This document shows, piece by piece, positions 13,228 to 25,590 of a DNA stretch of 64,000 nt; positions within the stretch are counted from its first letter, which is position 1, and each line of letters begins with the position of its first letter. A program made the position numbers and the translations under genes. The notes below the pieces were generated by a model, which was not told the DNA's origin, searched no databases, and saw only the letters and a list, made by a program, of their open reading frames with translations. The stretch is taken from NCBI RefSeq assembly GCF_001949145.1, contig NW_019091355.1:4227374-4291373 (forward strand). The letters run 5' to 3'. This DNA comes from Acanthaster planci (Eukaryota).

Positions 13228-13820
13228 CTGTGTCCAGACAAGACAAGGGGGGTTGAAAGTTACTCTCAATGTAATTGGGTCGGACTCTCTTGTGACGTGG
13301 AAATGGAGGCTTCAGAGTTTATGCATTTATGCATGGTTCCCATCTCAGGTGTATGTTTTTTTTAACATGACACCATAAAGATTCAAGACATCAGAAAATA
13401 CAAGACCTTTTAATCTTTTTTTAATAGATCTTGTGTGTAATGCATCCACATTGGTCATAAATGCTTGATTTTAAGGAGAAAAATTTGGACAGTTAGATTC
13501 ATGAAACAGTGATGCATATTTTCTGACGTTCATAACGTATATAACTATGACATGGTATGAACATTGAACAATGTGTAAATGTACTTTCATCTTGAACAGA
13601 TAAGTACTTCAAAAAACATGTAATAGTCATTCATTCTTTCTTATTTATCACCACTGGGTTATCTGCACATCAGCATGTGCAACTGGTATCTTTGGCATAG
13701 TTTTGAGTCACTACTGGGTCCTACCATGCAAAATAACGGTCAGAAATTGGACTGGTACCCCTCAGTCAACAAGATTCAGTGCCGAGCCACAGAACTTAAA
13801 AGGCTCCACAAAGTTCTCAC

Positions 13821-14002
13821 CACACTCTTCGGCGGCTTTCATCTTGTTCCTGACGTAGACAGCACTGGCTGGGTCTTCACCTACCAAGACGGCCGTCAGA
13901 TGAGGGGGCCGGTGGCCCTCTGCTACCCACGCCTTCACCTCCTCAGCTACCTCGGCCTGCACCACCTTGGAAATCTTCTTTCCATCGATGATCTCTGCAT
14001 TG
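13821..14002 (-). CDS. MTHFD2: MTHFD2 coding exon 2
   Basis: ttcag acceptor and gtgag donor. Encodes NAEIIDGKKIS...PHLTAVLVGEDPASAVYVRNKMKAA (YxxxK motif). Confidence 0.93.
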
Positions 14003-14127
14003 CTGAACAAACAAATCAATTTTTTTCTGTTTAGCATCTAACACATCAAAACTCAGAAACACTGTCAATTCCTGCAGCTGCAACAGTTCTAACACAGAGC
14101 CTTCTTCTTGGGATGACAGTAAACTTT

Positions 14128-14360
14128 CAGAGGCGGATCTAGAGGGGGTGGGGGGGCTTGCAATCCCCGTTCAGCTGCAGACTATCTGCAACTACCAGTG
14201 AAATGACAGAAAATGAGTAGGCCTACCAACAAGGACTGTACCGCCCATCTATCCATCTATAAACAACCTACATTGATTTCCAGTGGATCCCCTTAGCAGG
14301 GCATCACTTCAGTATGCCCATCAACCCCCTCCCCGCTCCTGAAAGCTAGATCCGTCCCTG
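14128..14360. mobile_element. MITE in MTHFD2 intron 1 (TIR CAG(A/G)G(G/A)CGGATCTAG)
   Basis: cagaggcggatctag ... ctagatccgtccctg, with ACTTT on both flanks (possible TSD remnant). Confidence 0.55.
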
Positions 14361-14535
14361 ACTTTTGTCCATGTAAATGTAAATTCATCAGCATTTAACA
14401 TGCAAGCATGACAAAGTGGGCCTATCAGATAAGGTGGCAGAATAAAACTTGATAATGAGGTTAAAATGTGGAAGAGGTCGATTTCATAATAATAAAGGCT
14501 TACTTTAACGTTTACATATATAACAAATCAATTTC

Positions 14536-14692
14536 ATAAGCCTTATCGCAAATACTGCATGGGTGATTTTGCACGATAGAAAGGCATTGTGGGAAGGAAA
14601 AAGGGGCAATGCTTGCTCCTTTTTCCTTCCCACAATGCCTTTCTACCATTGTGTAAAATCATGCATGCTGTATATTTGTGATTAAGGGTTAT
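14536..14692. repeat. Long imperfect hairpin / foldback MITE
   Basis: tagaaaggcattgtgggaaggaaaaagg pairs with cctttttccttcccacaatgcctttcta, and imperfect pairing extends outward. Confidence 0.7.
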
Positions 14693-15251
14693 ACTAATGA
14701 TCAAAAGAGCACTGACAGACTGACACCCTGTGCACAGACCCCACAGGTCTGGAGGTAGGGCCTACAATGTCACAAAACCTATGAGACATGTGAGATTGAC
14801 GTGAAAGATCGCTTTCTACGTAAGCAAATGCTACCCCCAGAACTGTGGGGTCCGACGTCTGCCCCGTTCGTATGGGGCGGACATCAGATCCCACAATTGT
14901 CATTGTAGGCAAATGCTTTGACATTTTCACTACTAAATTTGACATTGGGACAACGAACCCCACAGTTCTAGAATTCAGGCTAGCCTAACGCTGGACATTG
15001 TAAGTACTGCTTCCCTACTTCTACCCGTACCCCCAGAAGTTGGGGTTTCGTCGTCCGCCGCGCGCTGTGCTCCCACGATCGTTCGGGGACCGGGGGGCGT
15101 GGGAGCGTGGCCTGACGGCGGACGACCATGGAGCTATTGCTCATGGGACGCGTCGACAAACCCCCACAGTTAACTTCTGGCATATGTCTGAGAGGAGGCC
15201 TACTCTAGACAGTTCTAGGCCATTCTTTCGCGTTTTTTCTGTCAAACTTAC

Positions 15252-15346
15252 TTCAAAGCTGTCCTGTGGAACGCTAAGGCCCTCAGAGATGGAAGTGCAT
15301 TCTTATTTGAGAGGAATGATCGCAAACATGCTCTAAACGCCGACAT
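15252..15346 (-). CDS. MTHFD2: MTHFD2 coding exon 1, mitochondrial transit peptide. Full CDS join(15252-15346,13821-14002,12952-13227,11705-11800,11061-11294,10462-10571) = 330 aa bifunctional methylene-THF dehydrogenase/cyclohydrolase
   Basis: aacATG. Encodes MSAFRACLRSFLSNKNALPSLRALAFHRTAL, which is Arg/Ser/Leu-rich with no acidic residues. The gtaagt donor is phase 2 and matches exon 2. Total 993 nt in frame. Confidence 0.88.
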
Positions 15347-18105
15347 GTTTGACACGTACATGGACACGTCCCACCAGAGTTCGGTGCTATAGCCGGTGAT
15401 GGACTAGATTTTAGCCAAGGCTACCAGGCTCCCAAAAGCGTCTTTCTGAAATTGATGGTAACACACGTGTCTGGGGAGATTAAAATACAGCCGCTAGCAA
15501 ACGGCTAGCTGCATGTACATGTACCAGTACTATTGCCGGCCGTAGCCAAGACACAGCCACGTAGCCGGCCTTGCGCGCGATCGCCGGCCAGATCCTAGAC
15601 TTGCCACAAGTCGTGCGCCTCGCTTTTTGTAGCGTACCCGTGTTTTTCTCCCCTTGCAGGGTAATAAGAAAGTTTTTTTGAGGGATTAATTGTGACGAAC
15701 TGTCTTCTGCTTTAACTTGATAAGCTCAGCTTCGCCCAATGGAGACGGCTGGCAAAGGGGAATATCGCGAGGTCTGGTAACGCACGCCATCACTCGTCGA
15801 TTTCAGTGTCGGATAGGCTTTTCCTGCGGCAAGAAAATTAGCACAGGCCTGAGACATCGAGTTTGCTTTTATACTTTTTTTGACAGCATAAACTTAAGCA
15901 GATGTCTAATTTTCGTCCATAATATTCATATTCCCTTTTAATTTTTAGGTGGCAGAAAGGAACTCGGATAAGCATAACAGTTTTTGTTTTCAACGTTCCC
16001 GTTCAGTCGGCTTTCCAGATTGAAAACAAAATCAGAACAGCTGAAACTTTGAACCTTCAAAAATGGTCAGTTTGTTTTTCTACTATTCTCGTTTTATACA
16101 ACACATACATGTGCATGTTAGGTCAATTAAAAAATCCTACCGGTAATCACCCGTGCTTATATTTCTGTTGCCCGACCCAATTTCTTTCATTTTAGCTGAA
16201 TTCTGATCTTTCGTTTATACAAAGTTTCTAGCTACACATGCTCGCGTAAAACCTGTATAACGCATACACGGAAAAATCAAATTTGTTGGCTTTTCGCAAG
16301 GGTGAGCATTTCGCAATGGTGTCGGCCCTTTGTATGTCAAAATAATATAAGACATTACTGGGAAAACTCCTCAAGACTCAGGACCAAACAAAATTATTGC
16401 CACAAAATCGGAGAAAATGTCGAGGGGGTAGGCAGACTTTCAAGTAATCAACAAAGTACACTGGCATTTACTCTCGGTAATCTTCAATCTATTTCAAATT
16501 CATAATCATAATTTCAATTTGATATGGCTTGAGTGGGTATCTTCATCTTTATGTATTAAAGTAGGCCAAGTAATAACTTTTAGCGTCTGGGTTTCGGGGG
16601 ACAAGGGGCAAGGCTTTTTACTTTGAAGACTTGCCACCATTCCTTTTAAAAATTTCGATCTCCAAAAATGAAAGAGACGTGTTAGACAAGAAATTGAAGA
16701 TAATTCAATCTATCTCAAGTGGTTTATACCGTTTGTTGTTAGTCTGTAGGACTGTATCACAAGACGTAAATATACAACCACTTCCATTGATGCGGGTGCA
16801 ATTTACAGCAAAACCAAGGACATGTATTTGGTCGCAGCCGTGTGAAAACATGTTGGGAGGTCAAAATGAACAATCGCACAATGTGGAAACTGACCAACTG
16901 CATCAAGACGGAAATTCTGACTAGCAGGTTTTCTATTTTTGATTGACCAGTCAACTTACTTGCATTCTCTGTCCTCATTTTCCCTCTGGTAAAATAAACA
17001 ATAAATCGCTGTGACCCTCAAAAACGAAGTGGGCAATGATGCCCAACACGAACCTGTTTTGTTTCTTTACCTTTTTTCATCATGTAAATAGCATAGAGGA
17101 GTTCAACAAAACTAAAGACCAGACTTTATTGGAATTATGATAAACACCGTTATTGGTTGACTGGCAAAACAAAGAATAATAATGTTACATCCCAATAATG
17201 GCATCAGTCCAAACTGTACTTGGGACACCCCGAACTGTAATGTTGTAATTGGGCTGGTTATTCATTCATGAATAAACTAACACAAGGTTCTGTTTGCATG
17301 GATCTACATAAACCAAATGACACTGACACATGCCATTGCACATACTGGTATTCTATGCTATACTTTGGCAGGAATTCCTGGGACTGACTGTCCTATATAG
17401 TTGGGGCGAAATGATATGTATTTATAAGTGGAAACAACAAAATATATAGTAGCTGGCCCTTCATAAGGACCCCTTTCTCTTTAGCACAATTACACCTTTA
17501 ATAATCCACATTATCACAGCCCAGTACCTAATTTGTCAGGTTTCTGGGGATCTCTTCAGACCAAACCAAAAAAAAAAATGCATTTGCTGCTACACTGAAA
17601 AAACAAACAAACAATAGAATTGGCAAGTGGATAAAATCTTTGGATGTTTTCAGCCAAAAATATTAGGGTTACCAGTGTCAGTAATTTTCTCTCCACTTTG
17701 AACAAAGAGTAAATGACACTGCCATATTTAACACTGTTCATATTTAAATAACACTAAAAGCACTCGCTGAGTCATTAAAGAATGTCACAATTTTGAAGGG
17801 ACAAGTTTGCAGAAGCACACCTGAACAAAACACTTTTTCATTCTGACCAGCTTTCAGAGACAAAACAAAAGCTACAAAAATACGGCATAACGTACACAAA
17901 CTCTTTGCTCTGAAGTTGGCACCATAAAGTGTAATCTTTATAATCATTTTTAACACAAAGATACATAGGTTCTGCATGATTTTCTAGGTTAGGATTCGGG
18001 TAAATGGAAGCATTTAATTTGGGGATTGGCCTTGTAATGAGAGGAGGAGATTCCTCCTCAAAGAAACCCTCCCTGACAATTCTAGCCAAGGGTCTGCTGT
18101 CCGTT

Positions 18106-18330
18106 TCAGTCGGGCTGACCACTCCCCCCTAATGCCTCTAGTAGTGACTTGACTGTGGAGGCCGGTTGGAACGTTTGAGGTCCCCCACTGTTTGGTGTAG
18201 TGAGTGGGGGGGCGACTGTGGGCGCCGTGCTGTTGGGGTTCTCATGTTGGAAAACATAGATGTCCGTCGTGATGCACTGAAAGATGACGACTGTCCCGAC
18301 CAGGATGAGGAACCACCATTTTGTCGGATC
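18106..18330 (-). CDS. TMEM243: TMEM243-like paralog A, terminal coding exon (TM3 + Pro/Thr/Ser-rich tail)
   Basis: ctctag acceptor, phase 0. Encodes DPTKWWFLILVGTVVIFQCITTDIYVFQHENPNSTAPTVAPPLTTP...GQPD*. Confidence 0.8.
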   Translation of the reverse strand, partial: DPTKWWFLILVGTVVIFQCITTDIYVFQHENPNSTAPTVAPPLTTPNSGGPQTFQPASTVKSLLEALGGSGQPD

Positions 18331-19149
18331 CTAGAGATGCCAAAACTCAGTGGTTACAAGTAGATACAAAAATTTCAGGAGATAGGGGATGGGAGTGTAT
18401 CTCTGTGCAAATAATGAATGTTTAGGAGCGCAATGGTAAAAACGATTTTCATGAGGTGACAGAGCGAATGTCCCATTCCATGAGGTGATGCCAATTGGAA
18501 TGGAATATTCAATTTGTCACCAAATAATTCTCTCCACTGGAAGAGGGTGAAACTGTCATTATGTCTTTCACACAATGCCTCGATAAATCCTCTTTAACTA
18601 CACGTCGCTGTTTTGTTTTCTCAGCTCAGTGTGAAAGCATGACACAAGTTTTCATCCTCCAAACTATGGATGAAATTTTGCCTGTTTGTGTGAAGAGCCA
18701 CAACTGCACAGAACATCGCAGTGAATAACTGGAGGCAGTGTAATTAAAAGTAGCACTCCTTTATAAAATAAGTTCACATTAACGTATCATTTTGCCACAT
18801 GAAGCTGCCTCAATTGATGAGACTACAAAAAAAGTCAACACTACAATTTTAAGGGCTCAATACCTCAATATAATACCTCAACACAGAGTAACATTTCAAA
18901 ATTCCTGAAATGAATTGCAACCAGTGTTGTGGCCAAGGAGGGTGCAAAGTGACCGATTTTGACAGAATGCAGATCTTAAAGCAAAAGGGGGTGACAAAAA
19001 AAAAACTGGGTCGTTGATAGAGCAAAACCTGGATAGTGAGAACAGGTTGAATAGGACAACAATTCTATTTTCAAAAGGTCAAGAAAACCCTGCCTAGGGG
19101 CCTGCATGCACGTATAAAGTAGCAAGAGGGAGGCATTTAGTTTACATAC

Positions 19150-19176
19150 CAAATCTCCAGTCTTGTACCAGAAGCA
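19150..19176 (-). CDS. TMEM243: TMEM243-like paralog A, 27-nt micro-exon
   Basis: ttgttacag acceptor and gtatgt donor. Encodes CFWYKTGDL, matching the TMEM243 WYRQGDL motif. Confidence 0.8.
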
Positions 19177-19586
19177 CTGTAACAAAATACCAAACAAAAA
19201 TGTCACCATTTTAAATGTAATTAAAGCTGAATTTAATTTCCCCTTTTCAAATGACAATAACTGACAATGACAAATGACAATGACCATTATAAAGCACAAT
19301 ACGTGCTTTATAATGGTTGATTTTCTATAAATTTTTCTTTTATGTAATACTTTAGACAGCCAATACAGAATCTTTTTCAAATCTACCTCTCGTATACCAC
19401 CATGAACAAAAATAGCAAGAGTAAAGTCTAATACATTAAGGCCATTGAAACATCAAGTCCATAACACTTATACAGGCATCTGACAACTAAAATGAACAAG
19501 AGGCAACACAGTACATATATGGCAACACTTTTACACCTTTTTACAGAAGAAATTAATTAATTTGTAAAAAATACTGGAAGACTTAC

Positions 19587-19685
19587 TGAGAACAAGATGA
19601 TAATGGCACTTATGAGGATGTTGATGGCCATGAGATAATAGGTGAAATCAACATGCCCTCGGATGAAACAAAAGATCACTGACAG
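19587..19685 (-). CDS. TMEM243: TMEM243-like paralog A, internal exon (end of TM1, TM2)
   Basis: ttccacag acceptor and gtaagt donor. Encodes LSVIFCFIRGHVDFTYYLMAINILISAIIILFS. Confidence 0.82.
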
Positions 19686-20403
19686 CTGTGGAACAGAAAT
19701 CAGTGTAAATACAATGTAAAGGTTAGACCTCATCACTACAACCTTCAACTGCACATGATAAGTTAAAAGACATTTCTGAAACTAAGAGGACAAAACAGAT
19801 GACAATAACACACGTGCATTATTTTCCGAGTTGTCACTGAGTCTGTCAGAAGTTGTCACAAGTCAGTCACACGTCATTCAGTCCTGGGTCACCTCATGAG
19901 CTGTTTGCATGAATTGTGACAAAGGAATGCCTTTGGCATTGTTCATCTCTTTAGTTCTAATGTGATTTGTCAACTGACTTGCGAGCTGACCTGTAGACTG
20001 ACATGTGGCTGACACCATTCCAGCTCTGATTATGTTATAGAGATTTGATTTATATATTGAGCTAGTAAATTGTCCTTTAAAAACTTTTCCAACTTCAACA
20101 AAAAAGTAAAAACAAACAAAACACTAACTAAACCCCACAAAAAAACCCCAAAAACAAAGCAACCTCCAAGAACAAACAAAAAACGCAAGCAAAGCCAAAC
20201 AGAACCATTAACCCTAACCCCCAGGGTGTATGTAAAATCGTTAAAATTGGAGGATTTGGGAGTGTTAGGGTAAAATAAAAAAGTCTGATTGTCAATTAAG
20301 TTAAAAATACAACAAGGACAACAATCGAGGAATGGCTCTCCTGGATATTAGAATACATGTAAATATAAACATTGTAATTCAATAAAAAAATCTGTCTCCT
20401 TAC

Positions 20404-20451
20404 CACAATCATGAAAGCAGTGAGACCAACAAACGCCTTGGTAACCAAAAC
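20404..20451 (-). CDS. TMEM243: TMEM243-like paralog A, 48-nt exon (TM1)
   Basis: tctag acceptor and gtaagg donor. Encodes VLVTKAFVGLTAFMIV. Same length and phase as the homologous exon of paralog B. Confidence 0.75.
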
Positions 20452-20963
20452 CTAGATTAAATAAGAAAATGAAGGACTGGGTTTTAAGTTCAAGAATTCA
20501 CGACCAGCAATGAACAGGGTGTATTACAAACCCAATACCCAAATAAAAAAAGACTTGGAAAAATAGGTGTACAGTGTACTTAGCTTGAGTTGAGTAACCT
20601 AACCATGCGTAACTCAAGCCCCTACACTCATAACAGCTGGAAATTTGCAGATATCTCCATCTCTGGGGATAAGTGTACTCAAGCACAGAACAAGATGACT
20701 CAAGCTAGCCAGAAGAAATTCCAAAAATATCTCAACATCTTGAATGCTAATTTGACTTTTTAGGACATTCTATTGCTCTCAGACTGCTAATAGATTGCTG
20801 CATGGAACAATCAGTGGCATTCGTGTATGGAATTCTTTTGTGCTAGCCTAATTGATGTCATGAGAATGAGCATTGCTTTGGCATGTTTCTCAGTTTCTGT
20901 TACTAAGAAAATACTAGGCTTGAGTTTAGACCTTAGGTGCCGCCTTACATGTAGGCAATGTTA

Positions 20964-21073
20964 GGCCGCGTCGGACAAATGACGGAAGCCCTTGGCTACG
21001 GCTTGAAATTGCACGACTCTACGGGATCTGGCTGTAGCCAGTCTGTAGACTCCAGTCCTTTTCGGACACGGCC
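20964..21073. mobile_element. PIF/Harbinger (Tourist-like) MITE
   Basis: TTA|GGCCGCGTCGGA ... TCGGACACGGCC|TTA: 12-bp TIR (10/12 match) with a 3-bp TTA TSD. Confidence 0.7.
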
Positions 21074-21617
21074 TTAATTGTTACGCCCCAACTATACCAT
21101 AGTGTCTGTCCCAACTATAGTTGGGACAGTCCCAACTATTGTGCTGCTGTTGGGCTGGCCCAACTATTGTTGACCAATCTTGGTAAAAATTTCACAACCT
21201 TCCCCCGAGTATGCAGCTCACAGCCTCACACCTGACATAATTCAATTAAAATATGGCACTTCAAAGTCTTCATGAAAATTCATTTCTGCAAGCATGAGTT
21301 GCTGATGAAAACAAAATGAATGGCATGCACAGCCTATGCTGCAGTTGGGTCCCAACCAAAGTTATTATGCCAGTCCACTGATGCTGTAGTCGTGGTACTA
21401 ACAGCCTCAACATCATGAACATGATGAACGTGCTCAAGCTCCGGAGGCTACTTGCATGACAAGTACTAGCATGACTAGGATCCCCTCTTTCCTCCATATA
21501 GGCCTAGTACTAGTACTAGTGCTAGGCTACAACTTTTACAAGTACTATAGCCTAGCCTAGTGGTTTTCCTTGCTGAGCTAGGATATGTGTTTCCCCTCCA
21601 CAGACGCTGTAGCTCAC

Positions 21618-21692
21618 CTTTTGTGGAGCTACTTCGTGATACAGTGCCCCACTCAAAGGGACAGAACCGTCTTTCCCCGATTCGTCATCCAT
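21618..21692 (-). CDS. TMEM243: TMEM243-like paralog A, first coding exon. CDS join(21618-21692,20404-20451,19587-19685,19150-19176,18106-18330) = 157 aa
   Basis: ttttgcag acceptor at 21711, in-frame upstream TAA, aacATGG start. Encodes MDDESGKDGSVPLSGALYHEVAPQK, then a gtgagc donor in phase 0. Confidence 0.75.
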
Positions 21693-22560
21693 GTTAACTG
21701 GTTAATCTTCCTGCAAAATGTTCATGTTCCAGCAGAGCACACTAATCTATCTAAACATGTCACATGCAATGTATACATAGTACATGTACACGTATTAGTA
21801 CCGGCCAGCGTAATATGAACCTCGTCCCCATGAGTCACTTTAATTGTTTCCATGTGCACAATGTAATAGGGTAGTTATCAACAGAAACAAGCATTGACAG
21901 TACACCTGGTGCACGCTGATACTTTGAGAGCAAGGTTGATAGGTACCTTGTCAGGATCACGTGCGTAAAAGTTTACAGGTCAACGCCGTAGTAGATGGCT
22001 TTATTTTGCGTGGGGGCTTGCATGCCGCGAGAAATCATCTAAAAAACATTTTATAAATCAAATAACTATTCCAGACAAACTGCAAGAATATTTTTTGCCA
22101 TTTATTTGAAAACGGAAACACACTGAAAGAAAAGTAAAGGAATTTTTTCTCTAAACACCATTTACCAACAATACTGGTGCCTCGCATTAAATGGATTCTT
22201 CTCCAAAGGTCATTTTCCTCACTTTTGTTTTAGTCTGGTCCACTGTCAATTTCATTATAAACTCAGTTAATATGTTCGAGGTACCAGATTTTGTCATTGA
22301 CTTGTAGGTAAGTGCTTACCGTTCACTTTGCCACTGAAAATCTTGCGTCAAAGACTCGAAACCTCACATTTCAAATAAAAAACACATTTCAGCAACGTTA
22401 TCAAGGTATTTTTACGTTGTATTTTCAAGCAATATATCGAAAGGTTTGTTTTTAAACCCAGATGTCTTGTCAAGTTACCCTCGTAGTAGGCCTACCACTG
22501 ATCTCTACTAGACTGACAGTATTGGCAGAGATCAGTGAGTAGTACCAGCTTGCATAGTCC

Positions 22561-22611
22561 AGACCCGTAAACAGGGCCCAACGACTATTCGTTGGGCCCT
22601 GTTTACGGGTC
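22561..22611. repeat. Perfect 24-bp inverted repeat (hairpin/cruciform) between the two TMEM243-like genes
   Basis: agacccgtaaacagggcccaacga-cta-(t)tcgttgggccctgtttacgggtct. Confidence 0.85.
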
Positions 22612-23660
22612 TACAGCCTGCATGGCCAGGCATGCCAGGGGCCGGGCAGGGCGCAAGGCACCGTGACCACAGAGAGGCTAATAAATTTTTGAATTATTTT
22701 TATGTGTTTTATTTTTGATGTTATCTTGAAGAGGATGCGGTAAGAAACATTTTGATATAACTTTGGATTCCATCAGCCTCTGCAAAGCAAAGAAAAATCG
22801 ATTTGAATGGGGATGTTTTGAGATTTTTTTTGTCATGTTTGTACACGTGTTACTGAGTGAGTGTAGAGCAAACTGTGGTTAAATTGTACACAAAAATGAG
22901 TGTGGATTTTAACTGAAAAGCTTAAAATTTATGTTTTCGTAAAATCTTTGTTCTTATCTGTGCCTTATTTCAATGAATCTAATGCTGCTTTACTTCAAAT
23001 TTCAAAAATTTTGAAATTGGAAATTAAGTACAGGAGCTACAGCGTGCAGAAAAAGATGAAGTTTAATCACAGTTTCCTATTCAAGAAAATGAGTTTCCAA
23101 ATAAACAGCACCCTCGCTCATTTATTCATGGCCCTAAGTCCAGGCCTAATCCGAGTAGCTTGGACCCAACTGTCTCTGACTTTCGCCCGACAATGTCCAA
23201 ATGTCAAAAAAAGGTGATTTGTAGGGTCTAAGTTACTCGGAATAGACCAGGCCTAGGTACTCCGTATGCAAGTTGCATGTTCCGTACTTTAGTTTGAATG
23301 GGTTCGTAACGCTATGGCATTTTGAATGCTACCCTGTTATGTCCCTCCGTTTCTTGACAAAACTGCACTTTCTCAGTCAAATCTTTCGCCAAAATGCTGT
23401 CAAAACTTAAATCATGTCTGTTTAAATCGCATGCTCTGTGCCATGGTTTTTGGACCGTCATCTGGTCATGACCATGTAACCAACTATTTTTGGCAAAATT
23501 CAGAGCTGAAGTTTTACCTACCATCTGGCCTCTCTTCACACAATGATCCGCACATCTGCACACTGTGGCTGTTCACGCGATGCATTACACACTGCACATG
23601 CGCAACGTCACAAACATCCAGTATCAGCTCGTAAAATTGTGTCCTTAGCAGAAGAGTGAA

Positions 23661-23893
23661 ACTGGGCCCAGATGGTTGGTTTGCCACTCTCCATTTGTGG
23701 CTGTTTTGCCATTTAGAACTTACATGATGTACTGATGTACTTACTAGGCCCAGATGGTTGGTTTGCCACACTCCATTTGTGGCTGTTTTGCCATTTAGAA
23801 CTTACATGATGTACTGATGTACTTACTGGGCCCAGATGGTTGGTTTGCCACACTCCATTTGTGGCTGTTTGGCCATTCAAAACTTACATGATG
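23661..23893. repeat. Tandem repeat, 82-bp unit, ~2.8 copies
   Basis: Units start at 23661, 23743 and 23825 (act[g/a]ggcccagatggttggtttgccac...) and are near-identical. Confidence 0.9.
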
Positions 23894-24800
23894 TTTCAGA
23901 CCCATTCAACCCAAGTGTTCTAACCACTTTGCGCCAGGGGACACGGTATCGGGGACCTTATGTTTGTACGCATAGCCGGGGAGCCCGAAATTGGACAAAG
24001 GAGCCGGGTCTTGTACATAAGACCACACTCTGAACAAAAGACCGAGCCGCTTGGACTTGAAGAACATTTTTCAGTTGTCAAAAGCGGAGGTAATCTGTCC
24101 TTTTTTGAAACACTATTACAACCATGGACGAAAGCTTTCCAGCACTCCAACACAATACCGCTGCACGCTTATCTTGCCCCATTGAAAAAGACGCCAGCAC
24201 TGCACAATGTGGGCTCTCTTTACAAGGCAGCAGGCCTGGCTGAAATACATGGGCGTCAATAGATGTTGCCTGGCACATTAGAGTAGCCACCAAACAGTCA
24301 TTCGTGTGGGTGTAAATGTCGAGTTAATAAAGTAATGCATTTTTGAAGAATTTGAAAACGGAAAGTCATGAAAAACGTCCGTATTTGTGCGTGGCCATTT
24401 TAATTGAACCTGGCACGAAGTGGTTAAAGGGAGGAAATAACTGCGTTGATTTGATGACTGCGAAATATTTTTTTTTTATTTCGAAAATTAATATTTGATA
24501 ATTGATTGGATGTTCATATCTTCTGCACTGCCTTGCGATGTTAAACCACCCGCTGCAGAGTTCGCTACTACAGAAATTTGTCTTTTTATGTCTGAAGTGT
24601 ATTTCCTTATTCCATTCAGGTCTGAATTTGCAGTGGTCTTCCACTAAACAGCTCACAAGATCCTGTGTGCGCAGTCCATAGCAAGTACTTGGCGTATCAC
24701 TAAGGGTTGCTAGAACGCATGTTGTGACTACCGTCTGGACGGCTGTGGCGACCAACCCTCCTGATTAAAAGTGAGGCAGTGGAAGTGACCTTGTCTTAAG

Positions 24801-24917
24801 ATGGACGAGAAGACACCGATTTTTGGTGAGCCCCGGGGACAGGAGACTGCCACGTCGTCTTTAGGAGCCCCGTCTCCTGGAGCCGTGTACCATGATTCTA
24901 CACAGACTCCTCGCTCC
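24801..24917 (+). CDS. TMEM243: TMEM243-like paralog B, first coding exon. CDS join(24801-24917,25235-25282,26455-26565,26724-26837) = 129 aa
   Basis: aagATGG start. Encodes MDEKTPIFGEPRGQ...GAVYHDSTQTPRS, then a gtaagt donor. TPIFGE resembles TMEM243 RPLFGE, and GAVYHD matches paralog A GALYHE. Confidence 0.82.
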
Positions 24918-25234
24918 GTAAGTGACAGTTGGCCATTTCCGCCAGACAACGACATGTAATAAGTAACAAGACTCTTCTGACGGATTTTGAAAAGCCAATG
25001 AGTAATGATAGATTACCACGTACTTTACTATAGTTGTGTACACCTGTATTGTGTCCCTTGTTTTGGGAAGTAACAGGAAAATGTCAAAAACAAACATACA
25101 TAAGTTTGAAAACAAACTTTTGGTTGTCTTTATTCTGTTTACAATTATCTTGAAAAATAGTCTCATAGGTGGTCAGTGGATTCATTGAATTTCAGTGACT
25201 TTTATTGTTAATCTCTCCTTTTCTGCACATCCAG

Positions 25235-25282
25235 AGGTATCTCATGATTAGTACAGTTGGAGTCATCACTGTCATGGTTCTT
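25235..25282 (+). CDS. TMEM243: TMEM243-like paralog B, 48-nt exon (TM1)
   Basis: Polypyrimidine tract + ccag acceptor and gtgagt donor. Encodes RYLMISTVGVITVMVL. Confidence 0.82.
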
Positions 25283-25590
25283 GTGAGTAACCTTTGGCAT
25301 TTTGCTAGACTTTCCTTTACCTTTGAAGTTTTGAGGACTGTCAGCTGTAAACTGCTGTCAGGAAAGAAAATCGGATTGAAGAGCAATTCGAGTTAATTCT
25401 AGCATCTTTTTCTTTCAGTTGCTTATTTTCTTTTAATTTTGGGTCATTTCGTGCCCAATCACTTTCACCCAAGTGTCAGAAAAAGGTTGTAAGGTGACCA
25501 ACTCAAGATTTAAATTAAATTTGATTGTTGCTCAAATGAACAGGGTCAATAAGTCAAGGACACCAAGGACGCTCTTCCCCTTTGCAAATG

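Noticed and set aside
15451..15469. ATF4/CARE site and E-box upstream of MTHFD2
   Set aside because: TGATGGTAA does not fit TGATGNAA, and a lone CACGTG is expected by chance.
15739..15780. Divergent plus-strand gene at the MTHFD2 promoter (METAGKGEYREVW)
   Set aside because: Stops after 13 codons, the donor is weak and no downstream exons were found.
23661..23893. CRISPR-like array
   Set aside because: Contiguous 82-bp tandem units with no unique spacers, in a eukaryotic context.
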